Below are positions 1-11,759 of a DNA stretch of 64,000 nt, in pieces. The stretch covers positions 11,418,393 to 11,482,392 of the forward strand of contig JAHRHZ010000004.1 in the NCBI GenBank assembly GCA_024137785.1. The letters are read 5' to 3'. The first letter of the stretch is position 1; each line of letters begins with the position of its first letter. A program made the position numbers and the translations under genes. The notes beneath the pieces were generated by a model. It was given only the letters and a program-made list of their open reading frames with translations, was not told the origin of the DNA and did no database searches. Source of the stretch: Ginglymostoma cirratum. Its lineage: Eukaryota.

Positions 1-147
1 TCCCCTCCCCCATTTCTGATGAAGGGTTTAGGCCCGAAACGTCAAGTTTTCCTGCTCCTATGATGCTGCTTGACCTGCTGTGTTCATCCAGCCCCATGCT
101 TGTTATCTCGGATTCTCCAGCATCTGCAGTACCTTTTATCTCTGATA
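1..147 (+). mobile_element. Penelope-like element terminus (pLTR-type), family 1, young copy; probably extends left of the window
   Basis: Positions 11-147 match 16003-16140 except CCCCATGCTTG vs CCCCACACCTTG; contains a hammerhead motif, a known feature of Penelope-like pLTRs. Confidence 0.75.
12..47 (+). ncRNA. Minimal type I hammerhead ribozyme motif
   Basis: AUUU-CUGAUGA(16-22)-A-GGG[UUUAGG]CCC-GAAAC(36-40)-GUC(41-43)-AAGU. Both core boxes intact; stem I AUUU/AAGU (one G-U); stem III reduced to self-complementary ACGU. Confidence 0.7.
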
Positions 148-149
148 TC

Positions 150-270
150 GGTGAAACAGAGTTAATGGTTTGAGTCCGGAGTGAATCTTCAAAATTGTTG
201 CGTTTCTCCAGGTTTATTTGTGTTTGTTTCCAATTTCCAGCATCCACAATATTTTGCCTTTTCTCTTTTC
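150..270. mobile_element. Degenerate Penelope-like terminus, family 2
   Basis: CAGAGTTAATGGTTTGAGTCC and TTTCCAGCATCCACA resemble the arms of 29591-29837 and 59446-59705. Confidence 0.45.
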
Positions 271-974
271 AAATTAACACGTTGCAACCAACCAAGAGAG
301 TGGGTAAATAAGGTAGTGAAGCCCATTCATCTCTCCTCACCCCAGGATCTTAACAGTTTGGGGTGTCACATCTGGGAACATAACAAATTGGGGAACTTTT
401 CCAGGAGTCCAGTTGTAACAACAGTATCTGAATTCTTTAGCCTAATTTTCAACTGTTTCCATATGAATAGATTTTATTCAGCTATCTGGATGGTCTTCAG
501 TTTTTTTTAAAAAAGCTCTTTCTTTCTGTTAAGCTGGTTAGAAGAGTAAAGTTGATCAGCGCTGATCGCACGTCAAGTGTTAACAAGATACTGCTTGCAA
601 TCAAGTAAAACAAATGCGGTCATGTTGCATGCAAGTCAGTGACATTATTTGAATATGACTTGATGAGGCTGAGATTGGCACTCAGCAATGACTGGAAGTA
701 ATGAGTTAGATTCATATAACACTGCCCCGAGGTATTTCAACAACGTATAAGAAAAAATGGGTGCAAAACCAAAGGAGATTTGTCAAACAAGTTGGGTTTT
801 AAGGAGGATTTTGTAACAGTGGCATTTATACAGCAACTATATATGTTTGAACATCCTGTCCAACACCGTACCAGACAAACGATTTTCAAGTACTATCATT
901 TGTTCCCATTCTCTGTGTTTAGTATGATCCTCTGAGCAATACTTGCTTTCTGACACTTCTCCCAAATGACTCTG

Positions 975-1245
975 CTCCATTTGTGAAAATGTACTGGGCT
1001 ATTGGTAGATTAATTGCCCAGGAGTGCACCACAAGCAGGCCCAATCCTGCCTTCACCTGGATTATATTAACATTTCATTAAGAATACAATCTGGAGCACA
1101 GTTCTTTTCTCATTGGTCTTGGCACTGCTGAAACTAATTGTATCATCCCCATTACTTTCCTGCCAAGATTGGCTGACTCTGAACAAAGTGAGGGTCAGAT
1201 ACAGTACTTTGGTCTGTGAGGTTCAGTGAAACACTGCAGGATGTA
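975..1245 (-). mobile_element. Ancient tRNA-derived SINE-like remnant
   Basis: Diffuse similarity to degenerate segments near 26080-26350 and 55130-55350; recognised by eye only. Confidence 0.3.
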
Positions 1246-1822
1246 TTTTCTGACTGAACGAAAACCTATTCATGAAAACAGTGGCCCCCTTCAACAGAAA
1301 TCTGATGAGGAGGACTTGTAGTTCAGCTGGAGAAGATTTACAAGCAGGGAACCAAAAAAAAAACAATGATGTAGGTAAAGTTGTAATGACCAGAGCTGAA
1401 GGATGATTGGAATTACATGGTTGTAGCAATCAACAGCTTCTTTCTGGAGAGAATTTCTCCACTGAGGGGATTGGGTGTTGCTGACAGGAGGGAACGTAAG
1501 TAAGTGCTTAGTTTTTTTTTGTATATATATATCCCCTGAAATTGCAATCAAGAATGGAATGTTTGTACATAATGTTCAGAAAGGACTGGCATTGCACTGC
1601 CTTCGCAGATTGTTGCCCCTATATTATTCGTAACTGGATTGTTCAGTCTTTTTATTCATCTTCCAGTTTTATTTCCAACTTCTATAATAGCCTCCACCCC
1701 ACCACCACCAAAATACACTTGCTTTTGATGGGGTTACCGTCTGCCAATGCTGCCTAAGCTATGTTATCCAGCACAAGTCCACATTTGTCATCTATAAGCT
1801 GTTCCATCATGGAATGAAGGAG

Positions 1823-2625
1823 TCAGAGAAGGAAAAGGCTCACTAGGAAGATCCCTGGTATGGAGGGATTGTCGTATGAGCCAAGGCTAAACAGTTTGGG
1901 ACTCTGCTCACTGGAGTTTAGAAGAATGAGAGGTGATCCCATTGAAACATATAGGATTCTTAAGGAGATTAACAGGGCAAATGCTGGGAGAATGTTTCCC
2001 CACCCCCTCCCCCGGGGAGAGTTTAGGATCAGAGGACATAGTCTCAGAGTAAAGGGATGAAATTTAAGACAGGTTAGGAGGAATTTCTTCATCCAGAGGG
2101 TGAGAGTCTTTGGAACACCTTGCCACAGAGATCTGTGGAGGCAGAGTCCTTGCATATATTTAAGGTTGAGATAGATTCTTTATCAGTGGGGAATCAAGGG
2201 TTGCAGGCAGCCACCGTAATCAAAGACCCCTCCCACCCTATTTATTCTCTCTTCCACCTTCTTCCATCGGGCAGAGGATATAGAAATTAGAACACAGGCA
2301 TGAACAGATTCAAGAACAGCTTCTTCCCCACTTTTGTCAGAATTTTGGATGGGCCTCTCGCATGTTAATGTTGATCTCTCTCTCTCTGCATCTTCTCTGC
2401 TGCTGTAAAACTATATTCTGCACACTGATGTACTTTGTATGATACAATCTGCCTGTATAGCATGCAAAACAACACTTTTCACTGTATCTCAGTACATGTG
2501 ATAACAGTAAGTCAAACTCAAAGTGGAAGTGAGGAACGTCGGGTCAGATCAGCCATGATCTTATTGATTGATAGAGCAGGCTTGAGGGGCCGAATGGCCT
2601 ACTCCTGTTCCTTATGGTATTATGG
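1823..2625 (+). mobile_element. CR1-clade LINE 3' fragment, interrupted by an insertion at 2209-2522
   Basis: ORF 1860-2060 reads GLSYEPRLNSLGLCSLEFRRMRGDPIETYRILK...RIRGHSLRVKG (CR1 ORF2 C-terminus); 3' tail GGGCCGAATGGCCTACTCCTGTTCCT resumes after 2522. Confidence 0.85.
2209..2522 (+). mobile_element. Rex1/Babar-like LINE 3' end nested in CR1
   Basis: Encodes KDPSHPIYSLFHLLPSGRGYRN*NTGMNRFKNSFFP, matching the LPSGRRYRS...NSFFP C-terminus of Rex1/Babar ORFs. Confidence 0.65.
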
Positions 2626-3069
2626 TCTTCTCATCACCCAGCTCAAGCCCATGCTTTACTTTTCCATATGAACTTGCCTGTCAGGGAATCCATGTGTTCG
2701 TGATCAGGAGCAGGGACCCCATTTTGGCCTTACAATCCCAACTGCATCTCTGGCCTGGGAATTCTAGAACTAATTGTAAGACCTGTCTTACTGTTCCAAC
2801 TAACTCTAGAAATAAACTTAAATTGGAGACCATGAAGTTCAGGCATGCAAATGGCAGGAGGAAAAATGGGTCTTTTAAGTGGAATTCAAATCCACAATCA
2901 CTGTCCAGTGTGTTAGTGAATCAGTCAACCTAGGAAACTTCCTGATCTGTCCTTGACCTGCAATTTCTAACTTGTCTTGAGGAAATCACAGAGAAAGTAG
3001 ATGGTCATTATTTTATTGTGATACCGTCAAGTCCAAGTAACAGTAAGTTATCCCAAGTTCAGCATTACC

Positions 3070-3330
3070 ATTAGATGTCGGAGCAGAAGTGGGCCATTCA
3101 GCCCATTGAGTCTGTACCACCATTTAATGAGATTGTGGCTGATCTGATAATCCTCAACTCCATTTTCCTGCCTTTTCCCTTGATTTCTTTACTGATTACA
3201 AATCTATCTCAGCCTTGAATTTACTTCACAACCCAATGTCTACAGTCCGCCGCAATATAGATTTCCACAGATTCGCTACCGTCAAAGAGAATAAATTCTT
3301 ACTCATTTCGGTTTTAAAAGGGCAACCAAT
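3070..3330 (-). mobile_element. CR1 LINE 3' end
   Basis: GGAGCAGAAGTGGGCCATTCAGCCC is the reverse complement of the CR1 3' tail seen at about 2590-2612 and 24060-24090. Confidence 0.7.
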
Positions 3331-3391
3331 TATGATTGTTTTCAAAAGAATCATATTCTACAACCTTAAAGCCATTAATAAAATTCCTGAA

Positions 3392-3725
3392 GTGCAGAAA
3401 GAGGTCATTCAAACCACCAAGTCTACAGTGACCCTCCAAAGAGCATTCCATCTGGACTCAGTCCCCTGTTCTATCCCCATAACCCTGCATTTACCGTTGC
3501 TAACCCAACTAGCCTGCACATTTCTGGACACTATGGGTGATTTAGTATGGCCAGTCTGTCTAACTTCCAAATGTTTGGACAGTGGGAGGAAACCGATGCA
3601 TCCAAAGGAAACCCAGGCATGCAGAACATGCAATCTCCATACAAACAGCACCCAAGGCTGGAATCAAACTGAGGTCCCTGACATTGTGAGGCAGCAGTGC
3701 TAACCACTGAGCCACCGTGCCACCC
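3392..3725 (-). mobile_element. HE1/V-SINE-like tRNA-derived SINE
   Basis: Minus strand starts GGGTGGCACGGTGGCTCAGTGGTTAGCACTGCTGCCTCAC (A-box), has V-domain-like GGTTTCCTCCCAC...CCAAA and a CR1-like tail; sister copies at 13432-13789 and 60157-60487. Confidence 0.85.
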
Positions 3726-4093
3726 GCACTAGTGACAATCTTTATCCAAGTGTGTGGGGCAGCTGTTGATGCTGTCTCTGTATGTTATGTTGATGCATGA
3801 CTCCAGGAACACAGAAAATTCCTGGCAAGGTTGATGACCAGCTTATCTTTTGTGAACATTCACACAAGTATAACAAAGGAACACCTAACAGTAGTAAGGG
3901 AAAGTTCCATGCAGAACTTATGATCTTAACTTTGGATCATTTTGGGACAAACTAAAGATCTAAGAAATGATTTCCCATCGTGTTGCAGGTTTTTGGCAAT
4001 GTGGGCCAAATGAGAAATGCTATGAAATCCGCAAGCTTTTTACTGCACTCAAAGTTAACTATGAAGTTCTTTGATATGTTTATAAACATATAT

Positions 4094-4900
4094 GAGCAGA
4101 ATTTAATATCCTCCCCGTGACCAATTTTGTCTTGGGGGTTTTGGCATTTAGTTGAGTGGGCACACTATCACCTTCCTTCTGTCACCTTGATTAAGTCTTT
4201 GGTAGGAAGGCCCATGAATGGTGTTTCCATCCCAGTGCTAAAGGAGGGTCTTCATCCCAGTGCTACCAGTGTTATCCCACTGGTAGACAGGATATCCCAA
4301 GCTGGACACTCGACAAGGGACTCATGTTTGTTTATGGGTTCCTGGGTAATCGTTCATTGGCCAGGCACTCAATGTTTGATTGAGGTACCTGGCATTGGGA
4401 AAAGGGGACCCACCAAGAAGCAACCCTTGTTGCCAATCTCCCTCTCCACTCCCCCTCAATCAACACTGCATGACCCCCTTCCTACCATCAGTGTCCTGTG
4501 GCCAGGGATCCACAATACCAGGCTTTAGCTGGGTGTCATGCTGGCAACAAACTACTGCCTCACCAGTGGTGCTGCCTTTCAATAGAACTGCCAGTGCCTG
4601 ATGGACTGACTGGCAGCTCTCCACAAGCAGGCCTTCCATACCCTTCCGCCACCCTGATCCCATGCAATGCCCACTCTTGTTCAGTTAAGTGTCCTCTTTC
4701 CAATGGGTTTGCCCATTTCCCCATTCTGCTCCATTAAACAACTGCCTGCTAATTTCCCACCTAAGGACCTCATTTGGCTGGCATGGGACTTCCTGCCATG
4801 GAGTTAATTGAGGTAAGGTATCTGCCCAGCAAACCCCTGGCTAAATAAATGTCCCCTTGCTATTAAACCTGCCATGAGAGCAGGGCAGTAAATTCTGCCC
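4094..4900. mobile_element. Non-autonomous TIR DNA element (PIF/Harbinger-like MITE)
   Basis: Terminal inverted repeats GAGCAGAATTTA (4094-4105) and TAAATTCTGCCC (4889-4900), 11/12 match; a similar GGGCGGAATTTT end occurs at 60937. Confidence 0.55.
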
Positions 4901-5039
4901 AAGGTGTCTCTACTATCTCAACGTTATGAAAAATCTATTTGCTATTTTTACATATAATTATCTTGGAGTAAATGCCTTTTTCTTTCCTTTGTGGACAAGG
5001 GACTTTGTGGTTTTTGCAATATCACTTCCTGTGTAAATG

Positions 5040-5990
5040 TACCCCCCACCCGTCCAAAAGTAGCGCCGGGGGCTGCCATTTGCAAGTTGACATTCCTGTG
5101 TCTTGTTTGTCAATGCACTTGGCCTAGACTTTTCCCTGCTGATCCTGTTAGTGTTCAAACACATTAAATGAGAGATAGTGGCCAGCATCCAGTCCAGCCC
5201 CGCTAATCACTCTCCATCGTGGGAAAGCCACAAGATGGGGTCTAAAAAACAGGTCATTGTCTCTGCAAGATTAAAGCAGAAAAAGCGGTATTGTGTGGCA
5301 GAGGGATAAATCTTCCTGCTGTCACTCAAAGTCTGAATTAAACTCTCCTTCATTTCTAAGGGGCTTATCTGTGCTGAATAGGTTGTTACACCACAAATGT
5401 AAGGGAATGTATTTAGTGAGCTTCCACTCAGCCACCTTCTCACAGAGCACATAGAAGGCGAAAAACTCAAGGCGAAAAATAAAAATGAAAACCTCCAGAT
5501 TATGAAAGAGGATGTTCATGCTGCTAGATTGTTATCATGTGAAGAGGCAAATGGTCTTGGCTTCATTGCCAGTGCTTTGCATTGTCCGGCCCTAATTCCA
5601 CCACTTCCTCCTCTGGGCCGAACAACTGCTGTGTGGCTGCTGTTTTCCGGAGGTTATCTGCTATTGAAGGAAGAAGAAAGCAGCTTGTGCCTGCTAGGGG
5701 GAGAAAAGGGGCAGCTAGAGCCTGGGCGAAGCGTAATATTGCAAAGAGAAACTCTCACGTAGCGAAGAATGCAAAAGCCCGGGCTACAATGTGCCTGAAG
5801 GGTTTGCAATTTAATTTTCACCTTTTTGAATCACTTTTGTTTGTTAATTTCTCTAATTGTTGGTTGAGTTTACAAATGTACTCTCTTGCCCTTCCATTGA
5901 CATTTTGAAAGTTGCAAAACAGGTTAGTTTGCAACTGGGGAATTACTGAGACATCAAGATGGTTGATCTCTGGTGTCATGGCGACGCTGC
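5040..5990. promoter_or_regulatory. Candidate conserved non-coding element / enhancer block
   Basis: No recognisable repeat; CpGs retained in a CpG-depleted background; several TAAT/ATTA sites. Inference only. Confidence 0.3.
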
Positions 5991-6135
5991 AGTAGGGTAA
6001 AGATTAAGGAGTATCTTAGACTCTCAATCATAGAAAGCAAATTAAACATTCAATTTCTTGCTCCAGGTTCAATTATTTGTGCACATTGACTCTTTTTCTT
6101 TTAAAAAAAGGGCATCATTACTTAGGATGATGGTA

Positions 6136-7620
6136 ACTTGAATTTTTATAGCACCTTTTAAAGCAATAACATGTCATAAGGTGCTTTCCAAGAACATTTA
6201 AAATAAAGTGTGACAGCAAACTGTTTAAGAGGATTTCAGGTCAGATGACCAAAAACCTGGGCAAAGATGTGAGGTTAGTAACTTAATGAAGGAAAGTGAG
6301 CTAGAGAGACCGAGAGGTGCAGGAAGGGACCCTAGAACTTAGGGTCTCAGAAACTGTAGATATGGCCAGCAATGATGGACTAATTAAAATTAGGGATGCA
6401 TGTGAAGATACCTTAAGGGGTTGTGGAGCTGGAGCAAATTAGATGAGGAGGGGCTTCGACTAGGAAAGAGACAAGAGATGCTGCTTGAACAGGGACCCAG
6501 TATTGGTCAGGGAACATTGGGTAATAGGGCAGTTCGAGTTGGTGAGATTTAACACATGGGAAGCAGAGTTTTGAATGACCTCCGGTGAGAGACCAGCTAG
6601 GACTGCATTGGAACTCCGAGGCAGGGATGATATTTTCAGCAGTAGGTCTGTATTGAGACAGGGTGAAGTTACAGTGGTGAAAATAGAGAATGTCAGTGCT
6701 GGCACAAACATGGGCTTAGAAGCTGATCTTATGGTTGAATGTGACACTAAGGTTGCAAAGAGATTGGCTTAATCCTAGCCTGGGGGGTCAGTGGGGGGTG
6801 GAGGAGGAAGAGGAGGTTGGGGCTTGTGATGAAAGGTGAAGAAGCAGGATTTGGAATGGGCCATGTGAACCTCAGCCTTCTCAAAATATAATTGGTGTAA
6901 ATTCTGTTCCTTCAGCACTTGATGTTGGATAAGCAGTCTGATTATTTAACAACAGTGAAGGAGTGAAGAAATTTGGTGGTGGAGCAGATGTAATTAGTGA
7001 ACACGTTAGAACTGGCGCTGTGCTTTTGGCTGAGTTCAACTGGCAGCATAGCATGGAGACGAGAAAGTAGGAGGGAGCCAGAGGGAGATCCATGGGATCC
7101 AGAGGAAATGACATGGAAAAAAAGCCATTGAAGGTGAAGAAGCCACTGTAAGTGAGTCACTGTCTACAATTAGCTAGATAAGAAAGCCTTCTCAGATTAG
7201 TAACACATAGACAGATGACTGTGGAGATGTACCGACAGAGAATGGCAGAGTCTTCCATGTTAAAGACTACAAACTGGTTGAAAAGAATGAAGAGGTAAAG
7301 TTTACCTATGCCATAAACAGGTGGAATGTCATCTGTGATTTTAGTGTGAGTTGTTTTGATACGATGAAAGGGGAAGGAAGCTGATTGGAGGCATTCAAAC
7401 CTGGCATTCTGGAAAAGATGGGAAATGATTTGGGAGGCAACAACGCATTCAAGGATTTAAAAGGAAAGGGAGCTAGTGATGGAATGGTTGTTTGCAAACA
7501 TGATGAGGTCAAAGTCTTTTTTTTGCAGGAATAGATGTTGATGGCAGATTTAGAGAGAAGATAGGGACCATAAAAGAAGAGGAAAGTAGCAGATTATATT
7601 GTTTAGCAATGGGTTAACAT
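6136..7620 (-). mobile_element. L2-clade LINE remnant
   Basis: Begins AACTTGAATTTTTATAGCACCTTT (reverse complement of an L2-type 3' tail), followed by about 1.4 kb of purine-rich plus strand typical of antisense L2. Confidence 0.6.
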
Positions 7621-7760
7621 GGCAAACTCATCTTAGTAAGACATTTTAACAGGACTTCACTTATGACACTAGGTGAAAAGATGACTATAAAACAGAGATG
7701 ACCACATGGAAATGGATCCTTCGGTTCAACTCATTCTTGTAGTTTAGACCATTGTGGTTC

Positions 7761-8090
7761 TTTTATTCGTTCACAGGGTGAGACCGTCATTGACTAGACC
7801 AGCATTTTTTGCCCATCTCTAATTTCCCAGAGCACAGTTAAGAGCCAACCACATTGCTGGGGGTCTGGAGTTACATGTAAGTCAGACCAGGCAAGGTTGG
7901 CAGATTTCCTTCCCAGAAGGGCATTAGTGGCCCAGATTTCATAGTCAGCATTAGACTCTTATTACCAGATATTTATTGAATTCAAATTCCATTATCTGCC
8001 GTGGTCGGATTTGAACCTGGATCCCCAGAACATCACCTGGATCTCTGGATTAATAGTCTAGTGATAATACTGCTATGTCATCAACTCTGC
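7761..8090 (-). mobile_element. tRNA-derived SINE, family B
   Basis: Shares GGTTCAAATCC B-box, GAATTTGAATTCAAT, GGGAAGGAAATCTGCC and GACTCCAGACCC core with copies at 20030, 24705, 35440, 43470 and 61740. Confidence 0.8.
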
Positions 8091-9381
8091 CCATGACAAG
8101 GTGCCCTTCTAATGGATAGTATCATGTCATTGATTATAACTGAATAATTTCTCCCTGACTGCAAACTAAATATATTTTACAAGCAGCAGTTATCTGATGA
8201 ACTTTCATGGGGAAGATATTCTGCTGGATCTGCTGAGTTATGAACTTAGATGACCTGTTCTTTTGATCCTTACAAGGTATGAAGGTCAGGGCAAGGTTAT
8301 CTTGTACATATGGTGAAGGTGTCATCTCGTGAATCGGTACATCTAGTGAACCAGTCGGACAATGGACAGCCGAAATTTCAGCAGAGGTAGCCTCCCTCTA
8401 CCTACCCTCCCCCCTTTCCTAAAAATAATTTTGAAAGCTCTTTGTGGATCTGGCACAAATGATGGAGCCGAATCCCCAAGTGAATCCATTTTGGATTGAA
8501 ATAAAACCAATGTGGGCTTCTGCCCTTTCCTCCTCACATTGTCACAGTCAGATTGCAGGGTGAGTGTGACTGAAATGATATCATACCCCAAACTATACAA
8601 TAAACTGGTGAAAATATGAACGAACATATTCAGGTCTCCACAAAATTAACAGTCCTTCTGCCAGGCTACAGGGCAGGATGTTGGTCATAAAGTGAGACTG
8701 AAAATAGACAATTGTGGGCCTGGAAATTTTCTGACACAGGCCAACATGCAAATTTCCATCCTAATTCTAAATCCTAATCCTAATTTTACAGGAGGTTATC
8801 CTGCGTGCAAAAAGGACTGCCTTGTAAAAGCAGTATCCAGTCAATAGAATAGATTAAATGATTTATTAGTGCCCTTTCCCATATCAAATGGACTTTACCA
8901 GTCAGAAAGCAAGCCCTCTAAAGGGAGTGGAAACATGACCAGAAGGGGTGGCCTCCAGCTGGGTGACCAGGGGGGGAAAATTTCCATGAGGGCCATCAGG
9001 CACTTGTGGCTATGTGTAGTTTTTTGAGAAACATTGAAAATGCTGGGAGAATACCTCCATCTTGATGCACCCTCTCTCACTGTTACCTGCACTAAAAGGT
9101 TTCCACTCCACAGGAATTGAAGAGCTTTCTAATAAGCTCTTCATTGTTGGACTTTGCTGTTGTCCTTAAGTAAATCCTCTAATTGTCCTTTCCTTGAGAA
9201 ATTGAGTCTGATGATCAGTCATCACGCAGTGCAGAGTCCAGACCTAGGTTGAGAAGCAGGAAAATCTTCCCTAGTAATGGAGTAATTTCACCATTTTAAT
9301 TGATGTTGGACTGAAATAATTACAACTAGTTCTGACCATATCAATTCATGACAGATTTCCTGATCAATAGCATTTGGGAAG

Positions 9382-9559
9382 TCTCAGCAGGTTTAGCAAC
9401 AGTTGCGGGGAGAAAACAGAGTTAATGTTTTGGGTCTAGTGAACCTTCTTCTGAACTGTTTTTGAAACATTGACTCTGCTTGTTTCCCATAGATGCTGCC
9501 AGACCTGCTGAGTTTCTCCAGTAGTTTCATTTTCTGTTTCAGACTTTTTAGTTTTGTTT
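9382..9559. mobile_element. Fold-back Penelope-like terminus, family 2, with 14-bp TSD
   Basis: Inverted arms CTCAGCAGGTTTAGCA.../...TGCCAGACCTGCTGAG; exact flanking direct repeat TAGCATTTGGGAAG at 9368-9381 and 9560-9573. Confidence 0.75.
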
Positions 9560-10269
9560 TAGCATTTGGGAAGGGTGTCGTTCAATGGACAGATTAATGT
9601 TTGTTAAATCTCGAAGATCCACTTCAACGTCAAATTTTGTGAAAAGGAATAAAACTTGAAACTTGTGTTGGTTGATAGAATTGTTTATGATTGGTAAGGT
9701 AAGGAGGAGGGGTGTGGTAAGGTGATGTGTACAAGAGTTAGATTTCATTCCCCTTCCCTGAAATGGATTTGGTGGCAATTAATGCCACAATGGATATTAA
9801 ACAGCTATGGCTGAGGGATTGTCATGTGGGAAACTGACACAGGAAATCCTATCAGACCTGTTTGCAGTCTTCAATGCAAGGTCCTTTTGTTTTCAAGCTT
9901 GATAGAAGAATCCAATATTGGGAAGTGGGTGTCCACTGAGAACTATATCCTTATGTACCTAGCGATCCCTTTACCTCCATTCCCCAAAAGTTCTCCACAC
10001 TCCATAGTGTGACTTACCTGTAAGGTAGGAAGATTTCCTTTGCCCCATTAAGTGCTTGACAAGTATCTAAGTTAGTGAACCTTCGCTAAAGCAAGTGACT
10101 TAGGCCCCTCAGCAGCTTTCTGGCCGCTAGGCGACATCACTGCCACCTACATCAAATTCCATGCCATGTTATCAAAGTGGATCTCTTCGCCACTGGATAA
10201 GTGATAATGCCTTGACTAGCCTTCAATTTTCTGCATATATTTAAGTATACTTTTTGGAATAATCACTTT

Positions 10270-10615
10270 GTCGCCCCTATACCCTTTTGATTCCCTCATT
10301 ACTCAAGATTCTATGTACCTCTGCCTTAAAAATATTCAATGGCACTGCCTCTCCAGCTCTCTAGGGTAGGGAATTTCACACATCTACAACCCTCTGAGAG
10401 AAAGAACAGCTCCTCATTTCCATCTTATTTGGGGGACCTCTTATTTTTATCCCTTATCTCTCTTACATGAGGAAACATCCTTTCAGGATCTACCTTGAGA
10501 AATCCTTTCAGGATCTTGCATACCACAATAATATCACCTCTAATTCTTCTAAATTCCAATGAACACAGGCCCAACCTGTCCATCCTTTCCTCTCAAGACA
10601 ATCTCCACTAAGGAC
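10270..10615 (-). mobile_element. CR1 LINE 3' fragment
   Basis: CCTCTGCCTTAAAAATATTC...ACAACCCTCTGAGAG...ATCACCTCTAATTCTTCTAAATTCCA is antisense to the CR1 'LEFRR.RGD' region. Confidence 0.7.
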
Positions 10616-10899
10616 AGAAATCCACCAATAGCCCTTGAATTAGTGAGTCAGCAGGCTATTAGAATAAGGGATGGGTGGGGACCTCACAGACAATTTGCCT
10701 CCAGCTGTGCCTCAGTCAAGTGGGAAGAGGAACAAATATAGTCCAACTTCTCCACTGTAGCCAACACCTCCAATATTGCAACTGTGACTGTGCAAATCTA
10801 ACTCCTAGAATCTGACACCTCATCCATATACCAAGTAGTTGGCTTCCGAAGCAGATTGTCTTCAAAAGCCTACAGATTTTGAGCGATGTGGGAAAAACC

Positions 10900-11160
10900 T
10901 GTAATAGTCACAAGTCGCAATAGAGGTAATTCCAGGCATGAGAAATAAAAGCTGTTTTCACCTTTTTTAGTTGTTGCTGCACGTGACTGGTTTGTATTGC
11001 TGACTCTTATAAAGATTAATTTGCTGAATTTCCATCTAATAATTGTAATGATTTTTATGCAAATAAGGACCTGCGCTTGCATGATTGATAACATGCTCCA
11101 GGGTGAGCATTAGGGTCATTTGCCAAGTCTGCTTTGTCCTTTTGGGAAAAAAAATGGATG
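10900..11160. promoter_or_regulatory. Candidate enhancer / CNE
   Basis: Repeat-free; E-box CACGTG 10980-10985, Sox-like ATTGT 11042-11046, octamer ATGCAAAT 11057-11064, clustered TAAT. Confidence 0.35.
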
Positions 11161-11759
11161 TTGGCCCCAACTTGCCAATGACTGTCATGCATTATCCTCT
11201 ACTGTTTGGTATGAGTCAGGACAGGTACACTTTCTGTAACATATTCAGTACTTGGTGCTATTGGTTGTATTCCTACCCATCAACCAGAAGGCTGAGATTT
11301 TAAGTTCATTATCCAAGCAGCAACTTTAGGGAAAATGTATGAGTATGCACTGGTATGCCCTGACTGAGATTTCCTGATTAAGTAGCAGCAGCAAACTATC
11401 TCCCTGCAGCTAGTGCGCACTTCAGAAAAGGCCATTAAGGTATTGTTTCATATAGTGTGCTTAATGGCTACTCATTGAAAGCTAAATCAACTCACAGAAG
11501 AGATCACATGACTATAACAAGTCACCAGTGTAGTGTCCTCATAATTGCATTTCTCCAAATGTCCCTCTTTTCATTAAAAAAGCTTTGCACTTAAATTTGA
11601 GTTACCTAATCTACTCAATTTTATTAATTGACTTTTATTTATTTTCATTCACAATCAAGGTTGTGTTTTAATTCATGTCTTTCCCATTTGCATCAGTCTC
11701 TACAGATACATTCCATATGTAGTTTTTTTAAGTCATGCAGGTCTTCTAATGGTACAAGT

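Noticed and set aside
3215-3703. 162-aa ORF
   Set aside because: Antisense read-through of a CR1 tail and an HE1-like SINE; no domain.
3655-3725. tRNA-like A/B boxes (also about 13720-13789 and 35450-35530)
   Set aside because: SINE heads continuous with SINE bodies; no complete cloverleaf.
5502-5908. Overlapping ORFs as coding exons
   Set aside because: No recognisable protein similarity or clear splice boundaries.
8758-8788. ATCCTA-like short tandem repeat as interstitial telomere
   Set aside because: Units are not CCCTAA and there are only about 4 degenerate copies.
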